From: a virus
Lineage: Duplodnaviria > Caudoviricetes
Virus record (IMG/VR): IMGVR_UViG_3300037448_000016
Location: 1 to 64,000 of that record
Length of the DNA: 64,000 nucleotides
Strand: one strand, 5' to 3'
Part shown: piece by piece, positions 42,867 through 52,150 of the stretch
Position numbering within the stretch: the stretch's first letter is position 1
Layout of the letters: every line of letters starts with the position of its first letter
The notes under the pieces: model-generated
What the model saw: only the letters and a program-made list of their open reading frames with translations
Told to the model about the DNA's origin: nothing
Databases searched by the model: none
Position numbers and translations under genes: made by a program

Positions 42867-44474
42867 CTAGGCCGCCGCCAGCCCGAGGCTGGCGAAGTAC
42901 TGCGCCCGCGTGAGCGGGTTGTTGGAAATCAGATCCGAGACGATGTAACTGTTCGGGTCATCGAAGTAGGTCTCGTACGCCAGATCGCCAGCGTGCAGGG
43001 CGAAGTAGGCGATGTACCGCTTGACGTACTCGGCATCGTCACCGCCCGCGTTGCCCTGCCACTGGCAGCCGGACACACTGCACGCCACGCCCCACTCCGG
43101 TACTGACCACTTCTTGCCGTTGGCCAGCGCGTAGGTGCGGGATTCGTCCAGCCGGTTGAAGGCCGTCAGGTGCGAGTTCCAGCCGGAGCCGGACGACGTC
43201 ACCGGCGGCCAGGCGTCGTAGGTGTCGACCCCGAAGATGTCGACGTTCGCCTTGACCGCCTGGAACGCCCGGCGCGAGCAGTAGTTCGGCGCCGCATACG
43301 TGCCGCTGCTGCAACCGGTGGTCTGGTCCCCGCCTTCGTTCGGGTTGAAGTCGACCCGCAGGCCGGGGCAGCCCGCTTTCAGGCCGGTGGCGACCGCCTT
43401 GAACCGGGCGACCCAGGCGGTGTAATTGGCCGCCGTCAACGCGGCGCCGTTGGATCCGGCGCCGTCCGAGAGGTTCATCTCCCAGTCGAGCCGGACGATC
43501 GGCGTGGTGGCGTCTACCGAGCAGACGCTGGCACCGATGGTTTGACCTTGCGCCTGCGTCATGAACGCGCCGTCACTGGTCCACGTGGTCAGCGCGAGGA
43601 CAAGGTCCTGACGAAACCCGTTGAAATTGGTCGGCAGGCTGGCTTTCCACTGCGCCGGGGCGTTCTCCGTCGCAACGGTGTTGCGGGTGGCGTAGACCAG
43701 CACGTTGTCGAGCGCGCGGCCCTGCCGGACGATGGAGGTGAAGTTGTTCTCCAGCGTCGGATCGTTGTCGGCCCAGACTCCGGAGGACCAGGGCAGTCCG
43801 GAGACCCGGCCGGTGACCGGGGCGCTCGTCGTGGTCGCTGGCACCGTCGTGGTCGGCGGGGCGGTTGTGGTCGGCGGCGGAGTCGCGGCGGCGGCCGGGA
43901 TGACGGTGGTTGACACCTGCTTGTTCCCGCTGGCGTAGACGGCCTGGACGAAGACGGTGTACGCCGTCCCGTTGATCAACTTGTCCAGGGTGACGCTCAG
44001 CGTGGTGACCGGCTGCACCTCGGAAGTGAAGGCGCCGTAACCGGTGCTGTCGACACCGTTTCGGCCGTAGACGTACCCGGTCGGTGTGCCGCTCACCGGC
44101 TTCGCCCACGTCAGGACGATTTTCTGATCACCGGCCGTGGCGCTAAAACTGGACGGCAGCGTTCCGTCCGTGGTCGGAGTAGGGCTCGCGGTGGTCGGTA
44201 CCGGGTCAGCCGTCGTGGTGACCGGCGGCGGCGTCGGGCTGATCGTCGGTGTTGCGGTCTGCGTCGGGCTTGCCGTGGTAGTGGCCACCGGAGGCGTGGT
44301 GGCATCCGGGTGGGAAACGATGTAGTTGCGTACCGTTTCGTTGGCGTCCAGGGCCTGCTGCTGGGTCGGGTCGGTGATGGCCGTGCTGGGCTCCACGGCG
44401 AAGGCGACGCCGCCGACGAGCGCGGCGGTGGCCGCGACGGCGATCACCGCACTCCACGGGCTGATCTTCCTCAT
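42867..44474 (-). CDS. secreted FN3 plus GH26-like glycoside hydrolase
   Basis: Signal peptide, T/P linkers, FN3 (LTW..P...Y.Y...L.NGT.Y.V.V.A), RLDWEMN, DFNPN, GVDTYD, KKWSVPEWG. Confidence 0.75.
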   Translation of the reverse strand: MRKISPWSAVIAVAATAALVGGVAFAVEPSTAITDPTQQQALDANETVRNYIVSHPDATTPPVATTTASPTQTATPTISPTPPPVTTTADPVPTTASPTPTTDGTLPSSFSATAGDQKIVLTWAKPVSGTPTGYVYGRNGVDSTGYGAFTSEVQPVTTLSVTLDKLINGTAYTVFVQAVYASGNKQVSTTVIPAAAATPPPTTTAPPTTTVPATTTSAPVTGRVSGLPWSSGVWADNDPTLENNFTSIVRQGRALDNVLVYATRNTVATENAPAQWKASLPTNFNGFRQDLVLALTTWTSDGAFMTQAQGQTIGASVCSVDATTPIVRLDWEMNLSDGAGSNGAALTAANYTAWVARFKAVATGLKAGCPGLRVDFNPNEGGDQTTGCSSGTYAAPNYCSRRAFQAVKANVDIFGVDTYDAWPPVTSSGSGWNSHLTAFNRLDESRTYALANGKKWSVPEWGVACSVSGCQWQGNAGGDDAEYVKRYIAYFALHAGDLAYETYFDDPNSYIVSDLISNNPLTRAQYFASLGLAAA

Positions 44475-44476
44475 GC

Positions 44477-44914
44477 TCACTCCTGATGTCCCGCGCTGGC
44501 GCGGATGCGGAAAATGCCGCCAAGGTGGCGGTACTGCACGCCTTCGTCAATCTCCGGGTAGGAAACGACACGCTCCCTGATGCTGGAGAGCGAGCCGCCC
44601 CCCAGCGTCACCACCGTGTTGGGCAGGTGGAACAATGCGTCGATCCGGTTGGCGGCAGCACGCACATCGTCCCATGATCCGCTGGCCGCCACCGCCTTGA
44701 TCACGTACAGGTTCTCGGTGGAGATCCGGTCCCCACCGGCCGCCGTGATGACGTCGACCGTCGAATTCATCAGGAAGGTGACGTACGGCGGGGTGAGCGG
44801 AGTGGCCGACAGCGTGCCGGAGATCGAGTCCACGCCGACCAGCGCGAGGATCTGTGAGTCGCTGGCCAGCCGGTCGTAAATCCAGGGCTCGACCATGTCG
44901 ACGGTTTCGATCAC
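44477..44914 (-). CDS. tail terminator
   Basis: PPYVTF motif, 145 aa, canonical position. Confidence 0.75.
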   Translation of the reverse strand: MIETVDMVEPWIYDRLASDSQILALVGVDSISGTLSATPLTPPYVTFLMNSTVDVITAAGGDRISTENLYVIKAVAASGSWDDVRAAANRIDALFHLPNTVVTLGGGSLSSIRERVVSYPEIDEGVQYRHLGGIFRIRASAGHQE

Positions 44915-45264
44915 TGGGCGTCACACGCCTCGGACACGGCCTGGCTCATTTCCTCGATGTAGCGCGGCCGGAACACTTCCGACGTCGGCCCAACGATCGG
45001 CCGGGCCGCCTGCTTGATCGTCCCCCACTCCTGAAACCGCGAGTAGAAGCCATGGCCTCGGTTGTAACCGATCCATACCTCAGCGTGAAGATGTCTGCGC
45101 CCGGCGTCCGTGGTGACCCGGCGGACCATGCCCGTGTCGACCCAGAGGATGCCTTTCAGGATCAGCGCCAGCCCTTCTGCGGCCTCACCGACCGCGTCGT
45201 CCATCCGGCGCGGCAGTTCCTCACCGATCGCGCCGAGGTGGTTGTACCGCACCGTCCAGCCCAT
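44911..45264 (-). CDS. HK97 gp10-like neck protein
   Basis: VDTG...YSRFQEWGT..AARP motif. Confidence 0.8.
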   Translation of the reverse strand: MGWTVRYNHLGAIGEELPRRMDDAVGEAAEGLALILKGILWVDTGMVRRVTTDAGRRHLHAEVWIGYNRGHGFYSRFQEWGTIKQAARPIVGPTSEVFRPRYIEEMSQAVSEACDAQ

Positions 45265-45639
45265 TCAGATCACCTCCTGTGCGATGCCGTACCGGCACAC
45301 CGTGGCGATCTCGGACGGCGGCGTGATGTTGCGGACGATCCGCCACAGCCCGGCCTGAGTCAGGTTGCGGACCCGGTCGCCTTCCGCGAAGTCGTCCGCC
45401 CCGACGGCGACCTCCAGGATCAACTCGATCCGGCCGAACACCGAGTCGAGTTGCAGGCTCGGGTCGTTGTCCTTGGGCTGGACGAACCGGCACTTCAGGT
45501 CGGTGTTCCGCTCGGTGAACGTCTCCTTCTTACCGCCGGTCGAGTCCTTGACGATGGCCCGGTCCTGGATCCGGCACACGTCAAGCAGGGTCGTGCCGAC
45601 AAGGCGACGACCCGAGTTGACGATCGACCGGATGCTCAT
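45265..45639 (-). CDS. head-to-tail stopper (head closure)
   Basis: DSTGG.K..F, GDRV motif; position. Confidence 0.7.
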   Translation of the reverse strand: MSIRSIVNSGRRLVGTTLLDVCRIQDRAIVKDSTGGKKETFTERNTDLKCRFVQPKDNDPSLQLDSVFGRIELILEVAVGADDFAEGDRVRNLTQAGLWRIVRNITPPSEIATVCRYGIAQEVI

Positions 45640-45642
45640 GGA

Positions 45643-45807
45643 TCAGTCCTTGGGCAGAGGGATGTTGTTCTCGGCGAGGAAGGCTCGGTGCTTGTCACTG
45701 ATCGCCTCGCTGTACGGCCGGGCCGGGGGCGCGTCCGCCATGTAATCGACCTCGGTCTCAGTGGGGACCGGCGTCTCGTCTTTCGCCTGCTTACCAACGG
45801 TGGCCAT
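45643..45807 (-). CDS. small hypothetical protein
   Basis: RBS AAGGAG; 54 aa. Confidence 0.6.
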   Translation of the reverse strand: MATVGKQAKDETPVPTETEVDYMADAPPARPYSEAISDKHRAFLAENNIPLPKD

Positions 45808-45816
45808 CGGAACTCC

Positions 45817-46116
45817 TTAGTGGGTTGGGATGAAACTGGGCTGGACGTCGACGATGTACTCGTTGACGGCGTCGACGATCCCCACGCCTTCGGCGCGGAA
45901 CGCCCACTGGCCGGGCTCGTTCACCAGCACCGAACCCTCGTAGGCGCCGGTGCTCCGCCGGGTGTACGTGGCCGCAGGGTAGGTGAGGGTCGACACCACC
46001 CCGGACGGCGAACTGGCCGTCAGGGTGACGATGTTGGGGTCCTGCGGAACGCCGTTGAGACGGAAGATCGTTTCGATCAGCACGCGCTGGCCGACGAAGG
46101 TGGGGAAGTAGGCCAT
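45817..46116 (-). CDS. small Ig-like virion protein
   Basis: TGATG coupling; GAY.G....EPG.W.FR beta pattern. Confidence 0.6.
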   Translation of the reverse strand: MAYFPTFVGQRVLIETIFRLNGVPQDPNIVTLTASSPSGVVSTLTYPAATYTRRSTGAYEGSVLVNEPGQWAFRAEGVGIVDAVNEYIVDVQPSFIPTH

Positions 46117-47189
46117 CAGTCTCTCCTGTGCCGGACGGTGACGGTGGCGCGCTGAAGCAGTTGCATCGCAACGAGACCGGGGCGGCCGAAGACGCGCCCG
46201 ACGTTGACAGCGACGAGCGCACCGGCCGGGGCGATCGCACCGGACATCTTCCGGATTCCACTCCGGATCATGTTGGCGCCGGGCGTAGCGGCACCGGCGA
46301 AATTCTTCCGGGCCTGCTTCAGCAGGGTGGCGGCCGGGGTGATGGTACCGGCGAACGCCTTCGGGACGACCTTTTTCAGCGCGCCAGCCGGGGTGATGGC
46401 ACCGGCGAATGCCCGGGTGACGACCCGGAGCGCTACGAGCGCCCCGGTCGGCGTGGTGGCGCCGGTGAACTTCTTGCCCGCCACCTTCACCAGCGTGGCG
46501 CTCGGCGTGATCCCGCCCGCCGCCGCGAGCGTCGCCTGCGACGGCGTCTCGGTGTCGTGCAGGTCCACGTTGTCGATGAAGAAGTTCTTCGATCCGGTGC
46601 TGCCGGAGTTGGTCGTGAAACCCCAATACCCGGCCGTGTTCACGGTGTGGGTGTCGGTGGTGTTGATCTGCCAGGAGGACGTCGGCTCCGAGCCGCTAGC
46701 CAGCCACGTGCGGGCCTTTAGCGTCTTCGTGCCGGTGCCGCCGAACACCGCGATCCGGGTCCGGACCGTAGTGCCAGCGGTGAAACCATGGGTGTAGGTG
46801 ACCAGGTCGTGGCCGGAGTAGGTCGAGGTCGTCTCGGTGTATGACAAGGTCATGTCGCCGGACGCGAGCGTGAACGCATACCCGGACGCGGTGTCGACGG
46901 CCGTGGGCGTCCGGGCCCAGACGGCGGGGAACTGGTCGTTCAGCACCGGAACGACCCAGTCGAACACGATCTCGCTGTTCAGCAGGGCCGACGTCAGCAG
47001 CCGGACCGACGTCCGGTTGCCGGTCACCGTGCCAGTGGCGATGCGGCCCTGGTTGCCCTGGATCGTCGCACCGCCACCGGTGCCCTGGTTCAGGGCGATG
47101 GTCCAGTTGGTCGAGTTCCAGGCCGCGCCGTTGGAGCCGGTGAACGTGTCCGGCACGGCACCGTTGGGCATCAGGTCAGTACCGGTCAC
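46116..47189 (-). CDS. putative virion fibre/lectin-like protein with C-terminal G-x-x-T-P repeats
   Basis: RBS GGAGGTGA; DTFTG..W..W, GYWG; repeated AGxITPAGAL. Confidence 0.65.
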   Translation of the reverse strand: MTGTDLMPNGAVPDTFTGSNGAAWNSTNWTIALNQGTGGGATIQGNQGRIATGTVTGNRTSVRLLTSALLNSEIVFDWVVPVLNDQFPAVWARTPTAVDTASGYAFTLASGDMTLSYTETTSTYSGHDLVTYTHGFTAGTTVRTRIAVFGGTGTKTLKARTWLASGSEPTSSWQINTTDTHTVNTAGYWGFTTNSGSTGSKNFFIDNVDLHDTETPSQATLAAAGGITPSATLVKVAGKKFTGATTPTGALVALRVVTRAFAGAITPAGALKKVVPKAFAGTITPAATLLKQARKNFAGAATPGANMIRSGIRKMSGAIAPAGALVAVNVGRVFGRPGLVAMQLLQRATVTVRHRRD

Positions 47190-47236
47190 GATTCACCTCC
47201 GATCGGATCGACAACGGATTGACAACGAGTTGTTGC

Positions 47237-47968
47237 CTAACCTCCGGCCGTAATCGTGAAATCGTATGTGGCCTGCAATGACTCGCCGCTGGCCAGGTTG
47301 ACGGCCGAGAACAGTGTGCGGTCCAGCATGGTGCCGCCAGCGACTGCGGCCTGGCTGAAGATCCCGTGCTCGGTCAGCGCGACGGTGGCCGACACCGAGA
47401 TCGTCGCTGCGGTCTCGAAGACGTTCGAGTTACCGGCCTGCTCACCGAGCGATCCGGTGGGGCGCGTGTTCGCGGAGGCGTACTGCGTGGTCAGTTCGGT
47501 GACCAGCGCGGTCTGGCTGCTCGCCTCCGCCGTGGTGCCCGTACCGACCCCGTGGTACTTCAGATTCTCCAGTTCCGTCAGGTTCTGGAAGGCGTCCACG
47601 ATGAAGTTGACCCCAGCCGTGGTGACGACCCGGCACCCGGCCAGGCCGAGATCCTGTTGACGCCCGTCCCGGTCGACGGTGGCCAGCCAGAGATGGCCGA
47701 CGATGCTCAGGGCGCCACCACGCCGGGCATCCTCCACGGCGGCCTGTGCGGCGAGCGAGCGCTCGAAGATCTCCGCGTTCGCTTCCTGCCACTCCAGCCT
47801 GCGCCGGACCGGTCCGGGCCGCAGGAAGCCGGGCAGGGCCAGGCCGAGCCCCTTGGGACCGCCACCGTAGTGCAGCGCGTCGTCCACCGTCTTGATGGCC
47901 GGACGCTTCAGCAGCGCGGGGATACGCGCCGTGCGCAGGCCGCCGGAAGGGATCATCTCGTTGTTCAC
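47237..47968 (-). CDS. putative virion structural protein
   Basis: RBS AGGAG/GTG; VTTAG...GVGTGTTA.....TAL...TEHGIF motif seen in virion proteins. Confidence 0.6.
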   Translation of the reverse strand: MNNEMIPSGGLRTARIPALLKRPAIKTVDDALHYGGGPKGLGLALPGFLRPGPVRRRLEWQEANAEIFERSLAAQAAVEDARRGGALSIVGHLWLATVDRDGRQQDLGLAGCRVVTTAGVNFIVDAFQNLTELENLKYHGVGTGTTAEASSQTALVTELTTQYASANTRPTGSLGEQAGNSNVFETAATISVSATVALTEHGIFSQAAVAGGTMLDRTLFSAVNLASGESLQATYDFTITAGG

Positions 47969-47976
47969 TGCTACTC

Positions 47977-48438
47977 CTATGCCCAAGGCCAGGGCGTGCG
48001 CCGGTACGGGGTGGACGTAATCAACTGCCGGGACTTGACTCTGGTCGGGATGTAGCCCTCGGACTCCAGCACGGCTGCGTCGATGGCGTCGAGGTCGGCC
48101 TGGTCGATGTAGATGCCGGAACCGGCATCCGTGTCGAACGAGACGCCGACCGAGCCATCCGCGCCGATCTGCTGCTGGGTGTTCACGTCGGGATTGCGCA
48201 TGAAGCGGATGACGGCTTCGCACATGGCGATCTTGATCAGCGATTCAAGGTCGGCGTGCTGCTGGATGTGCGGCGCGGTGTCGACCGGCATGGCGTCCAG
48301 GAACGCTTCCAGTTTCGGGCGCAGGATGCGCATCTTCACCTGCGCCTGGGCCAGCCGCGTTGCCGCGACCGGAGTTTCGTCATCGTCAAGGGGACGCCAC
48401 ATCGCCACGATGTCGGCGGTGCTCACATCGAACGACAT
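47977..48438 (-). CDS. head-to-tail adaptor
   Basis: DI.AMWRPL..E...A; AVIRFMRNPD...Q.G..S motif. Confidence 0.8.
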   Translation of the reverse strand: MSFDVSTADIVAMWRPLDDDETPVAATRLAQAQVKMRILRPKLEAFLDAMPVDTAPHIQQHADLESLIKIAMCEAVIRFMRNPDVNTQQQIGADGSVGVSFDTDAGSGIYIDQADLDAIDAAVLESEGYIPTRVKSRQLITSTPYRRTPWPWA

Positions 48439-48463
48439 GGCGTCCCCTCTCGGACTTCTCGGG

Positions 48464-48832
48464 TTACTTGCTGGTGGGCGTGTGGACGACGGTCTCCGGG
48501 TTCGGAGTACCGGCGTTCACCCCGGCCAGCGTGTAGGCCGAGTTCGGGACGGCCTTCGCGCCACGTGCGCCCCGGAAGCCCTGCTCGGTCTCTTTGGCGA
48601 TGCGCTCGTGGACCGACTTCTGCGCGGCGGCCATGCTCGGCTCGTCCGCGATGTGGTCGGCGGGCAGTTCGTCCACGCCCCGGGGCGGGTTGGTGGACAG
48701 GATGCCGGTGACGGTCTGGTTGGGCTGGAGGTAGCGCGGGTCGACCGGAGCCACCTCCGGGCCGTTCGCGGTCACGCCGTCTGCCGGGGAACCGGCCTGC
48801 GGCTCAGTGGGCTTGCGGGGTGTCGTAGCCAT
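48464..48832 (-). CDS. hypothetical protein
   Basis: TGATG coupling; ends GF.G......Y..AGV..G.P.PET. Confidence 0.6.
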   Translation of the reverse strand: MATTPRKPTEPQAGSPADGVTANGPEVAPVDPRYLQPNQTVTGILSTNPPRGVDELPADHIADEPSMAAAQKSVHERIAKETEQGFRGARGAKAVPNSAYTLAGVNAGTPNPETVVHTPTSK

Positions 48833-49230
48833 CAGTCGTTCCTCCCGAAGGTGACGTCGATCTTTCCGCCCGGGTCGACCAGGCCGGTGCCGCCGACTGC
48901 GGCGGACCGGAACTCCAGTTCGTCCCCGGCGGCCACGACCAGATCGCTGGCTGTGGCGGAGTTGGTGAGCGTCTTCTCGTCGAATGCGACGAGGTTGACG
49001 CCGGACACCAGCGCCAGACTGGCGACCACCGTGGTGCCGGTGCCGTCCTGCTTGCGGTTGACGAGGCTCAGCGTCCGGCTGGCGGGGCTGGCGGCGCCGG
49101 TGACGGCCGCAACCGGTGTGTAGGTCACGCTGACCACGACACCGGTGTACGGAGCCTCCACGATGACGCTGGAGGTGGCCAGGATGGTGCTGGCCGGGAT
49201 GGTCTCGCTCTTGACGTTCTGCTGCGGCAT
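48832..49230 (-). CDS. capsid decoration-like protein
   Basis: 132-aa beta-rich protein immediately after the MCP. Confidence 0.6.
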   Translation of the reverse strand: MPQQNVKSETIPASTILATSSVIVEAPYTGVVVSVTYTPVAAVTGAASPASRTLSLVNRKQDGTGTTVVASLALVSGVNLVAFDEKTLTNSATASDLVVAAGDELEFRSAAVGGTGLVDPGGKIDVTFGRND

Positions 49231-49233
49231 GAC

Positions 49234-50262
49234 TCAGGCTCCCAGGGTGCGCAGGTACCCGACCGGGTAGCGGGTGCTGCCGTCCGGGTTGTCGTTGTTG
49301 ATGGTGTTGGCCACCTGCCAGCCGATCCGGAACTTGAGCCGGAGCGCCTGCATGTCCTGCTGCGGCAGGTTGTAGACGATGTTGTTCTGGTCGTCGGTGA
49401 TGACGCCCTCGGTGATCAACTTGTACTCGATCCCCGACTTCACGCCGATCACGAACTGCGACCAGTCGCCACCCATCAGGGCCACGCCGTTCACGCCCGC
49501 GCCACCGGCAGCGGGCCACAGGCCACGCATCGGGTAGAGGATCGGAACGCCGTCCACGGCGAGCAGGTTGCCCGCCACCCGGCCCTCGTCCAACTTCCGG
49601 CCCTGGGTGTCACGAGCCGAGCGGAACCGGGCTCGGGTGGTGATCGGAGAGAGGTAACCGGTGATGTCGTACCCGTCCTCTTCCACCTTGCTGATCAGCG
49701 CGTCCAGGTCGCCCATGAACCCACCGGCGGCAGTGGCGTGCGAGCCGACGTCGATGTAGTTCCCGGCCGCAGCGGCAGCCGCAGCGATGTTGGTGGGGAA
49801 GGACGACGGGGCGTTGGCGCCGAAGAACACGGCCGAGTCGAGCACCCGAGCGAACGCCTCCACGATCAGCGGCTGCGCCTCGTCCCAGATGTTGACCGAG
49901 ATGTCGTCCATGACGTTGTCCGCAACGGGCATGATCACGGCGATCTCTTCGATGGTCAGGTACTTGTTCGACCAGGCCATCTCAGTGGTCTGCTTCAGAC
50001 CGGTGTCGCCGGACACCCAGTACGCGATCGGCAGCGCGGTGAGGATCGGGAAGCGCATCGCGTTGCCCTGGACCGGGATCGGGCGGAACATGCTCAGCAC
50101 CGCCGACCCCTGCGTGGCCTTGCCGAGCATCTCGTTGGAGACCTGCTCGGGAATCAGGGCCTGGACGTCGGAGCGGGTGGTGAGGCTGTCGAAAGCGCCC
50201 CCCGAGAAGCCGAAAATCGGCCGCCCATCGGAGCGGAAGCCCAGGGGCTTGGAGTGGTTCAC
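49234..50262 (-). CDS. major capsid protein (HK97 fold)
   Basis: ALIPEQVS.E, AYWV...GLKQTT, GDWSQ, NLPQQDMQALR...RIGWQV. Confidence 0.9.
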   Translation of the reverse strand: MNHSKPLGFRSDGRPIFGFSGGAFDSLTTRSDVQALIPEQVSNEMLGKATQGSAVLSMFRPIPVQGNAMRFPILTALPIAYWVSGDTGLKQTTEMAWSNKYLTIEEIAVIMPVADNVMDDISVNIWDEAQPLIVEAFARVLDSAVFFGANAPSSFPTNIAAAAAAAGNYIDVGSHATAAGGFMGDLDALISKVEEDGYDITGYLSPITTRARFRSARDTQGRKLDEGRVAGNLLAVDGVPILYPMRGLWPAAGGAGVNGVALMGGDWSQFVIGVKSGIEYKLITEGVITDDQNNIVYNLPQQDMQALRLKFRIGWQVANTINNDNPDGSTRYPVGYLRTLGA

Positions 50263-50306
50263 TGCGTCTCCTACGGAGGTCAGGCGACCCCCGGACGGAG
50301 GCCGCG

Positions 50307-50987
50307 TCAGCCGCGCTTGTTGCGCGAGGCGCTGCGGAGGAAGTTGTCCATCGACGGCTTGCCGGTCGCGGTCTGACGCGCGCCCAACTCGAAGTCGGTG
50401 TCACCTTCCTTCTTCTTCACCCAGTGACGCTTCAGATCGGCCAGCACACGCAACTCACGGTCGATGTGCTTGACGTCGGGCCTGCCGTCGTCTCCCACGA
50501 AATCGTCCGCCTGGTCCCGGAAGTAAGCCACGACGTCGTCCGGGTCCTCGAAGATCCCGGCGGCGCGAGCCTCCACCTTGGCCAGAGCGATCATCCGGTT
50601 GGCCTGAGTCGTCGCTTTCGACTCGGCTTCCTTGGTGATCTTGGCGAGGTCGATCTGCTGGTCACCTGAAGCGGAGCCGTTGCCCTTGCCCTTGGTGCTG
50701 AGAATGTCTTTCAGCGCGTCCAGGCTGGTCACTCCGGCTTCACGCATCGCGACCTTGTACCCACGCGCTTCAGCGCGGGCCGCCTTGTGCGCTTCGCGCT
50801 CTGCTGCGAGAGCCTTCTGCACCTTGGCCAGGTCGGTCTCCGGCTTGTCGTCCGCGTCCTTATCGTCCGCGTCCTTGTCGCCGTCGTCGTCGCCCCCACC
50901 GTCCCCATCGCCTTCAGCGCCGGACATACCCCAGATCGGGCGTCCGTCGAGCCGAAAACCGAGTGGGTAGACAAGTTCGATCGACAT
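50307..50987 (-). CDS. capsid scaffolding protein
   Basis: Acidic G/D-rich N-region, coiled coil, DP.D.V motif, basic C-terminus; directly before the MCP. Confidence 0.8.
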   Translation of the reverse strand: MSIELVYPLGFRLDGRPIWGMSGAEGDGDGGGDDDGDKDADDKDADDKPETDLAKVQKALAAEREAHKAARAEARGYKVAMREAGVTSLDALKDILSTKGKGNGSASGDQQIDLAKITKEAESKATTQANRMIALAKVEARAAGIFEDPDDVVAYFRDQADDFVGDDGRPDVKHIDRELRVLADLKRHWVKKKEGDTDFELGARQTATGKPSMDNFLRSASRNKRG

Positions 50988-51097
50988 GCGTTGCTCCTTG
51001 GGTGTCGACGGCCTCACGCCGTCCGATCTGGTCCGTGGGCATCATGCCTACGAAGTTGGTAGGACATCACGTCCTGTCAAGGTGAAATATAGCGCAC

Positions 51098-52150
51098 CTA
51101 CCTGGCCGGACCTCCAGTGATGTATCCGAAGCGGCGCAGCAACTCGATCGCCTTGTCCTGGTCGCCGTCCGCTTCCTGATAGATCTGATACGGCGTCGGA
51201 CGGCGAGACTGCTCACTGCGGTACCCGTACCCGCCGTTCTTACGGGCCAGTTCCATCGTGTACCGGCCGCCGTCCGCGATGTACGTCGCGCCGCCGCGCT
51301 GAGCGTTGATGACCCGGTCGATCGCCGCTCCGTCGCGGACGGCCTGGGCCTGCGGGCCACCGAAGTACCGGTTCTGCTCGGCCTCGGTCAGCGAGTTGAA
51401 GTAGATCATCGGGTCGGTGAGAATGTCGCTGGCGTTCGCCTCGGAAACGCCTATGTGACGGCAGTCACAATTTGGATGTCTATAGAAGCCCTCGTTCCAG
51501 CGGAAGAACTTCCCGGCCAGCGCTACGCAGCGCCCGCACGACGGCGGATTGAGCACGCGGATCCAGCCCAGTGCGACGTCCTTGCCGTTCTGGTCCCTGG
51601 GCCCGGCCACCACGATGCTGACCTGCTCGGCCTCCCGCGCGGCATCGGCCGCCTGGGTCTGGGTGACCATCCGCAGCCAGTCGGCTCCACGGCGGGAGCC
51701 TTCGGCTGGCGGCCTGCCCTCACGCTCGGCCCGGCGCAGCGCCACCACAGCGCCAGCCAGCAGCGACTCCAGATCGCGCCCGTCACTGGCCCGGCCCGCG
51801 AACTTGAGCGGATCCAGGTCGGGACCGGTGTACGTCAGCCCCTGGAGCGCCATGACCTGCCGGACGTAGGTGTTCGAGTGCCGGGCCATCAACTCCTGGA
51901 GCATCGACACCAGGACGTAGATCTTCTCCCCGATGCCGGACTTCCACGACGCGATGGCCTTGCCGGTCTCGATCGTTGCCCAGGCTGCGAGGACGCTGGC
52001 GATCATCGCCGCTGTCGCGGCCTGCTGCTCAGCGATGTACTGGGTGCTGGTGGCCAGGATTTCCGCGCTGCCCGGCCGCTTCAGGGCCGCGCCCGGATTG
52101 ACCGGCGGCGTCTCGGCCCCGCCCGGCCGGGCCAGCGGCTGAACGGTCAC
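51098..52150 (-). CDS. minor head protein (MuF-like)
   Basis: W.RVLNPPSCGRC..LAG....HPNCDC. Confidence 0.8.
   Translation of the reverse strand: MTVQPLARPGGAETPPVNPGAALKRPGSAEILATSTQYIAEQQAATAAMIASVLAAWATIETGKAIASWKSGIGEKIYVLVSMLQELMARHSNTYVRQVMALQGLTYTGPDLDPLKFAGRASDGRDLESLLAGAVVALRRAEREGRPPAEGSRRGADWLRMVTQTQAADAAREAEQVSIVVAGPRDQNGKDVALGWIRVLNPPSCGRCVALAGKFFRWNEGFYRHPNCDCRHIGVSEANASDILTDPMIYFNSLTEAEQNRYFGGPQAQAVRDGAAIDRVINAQRGGATYIADGGRYTMELARKNGGYGYRSEQSRRPTPYQIYQEADGDQDKAIELLRRFGYITGGPAR

Noticed and set aside
51060-51085. Internal promoter before the scaffold gene (minus-strand TTGACA at 51075-51080)
   Set aside because: There is no acceptable -10 at 17-19 bp and no 11-bp TGAC repeat.
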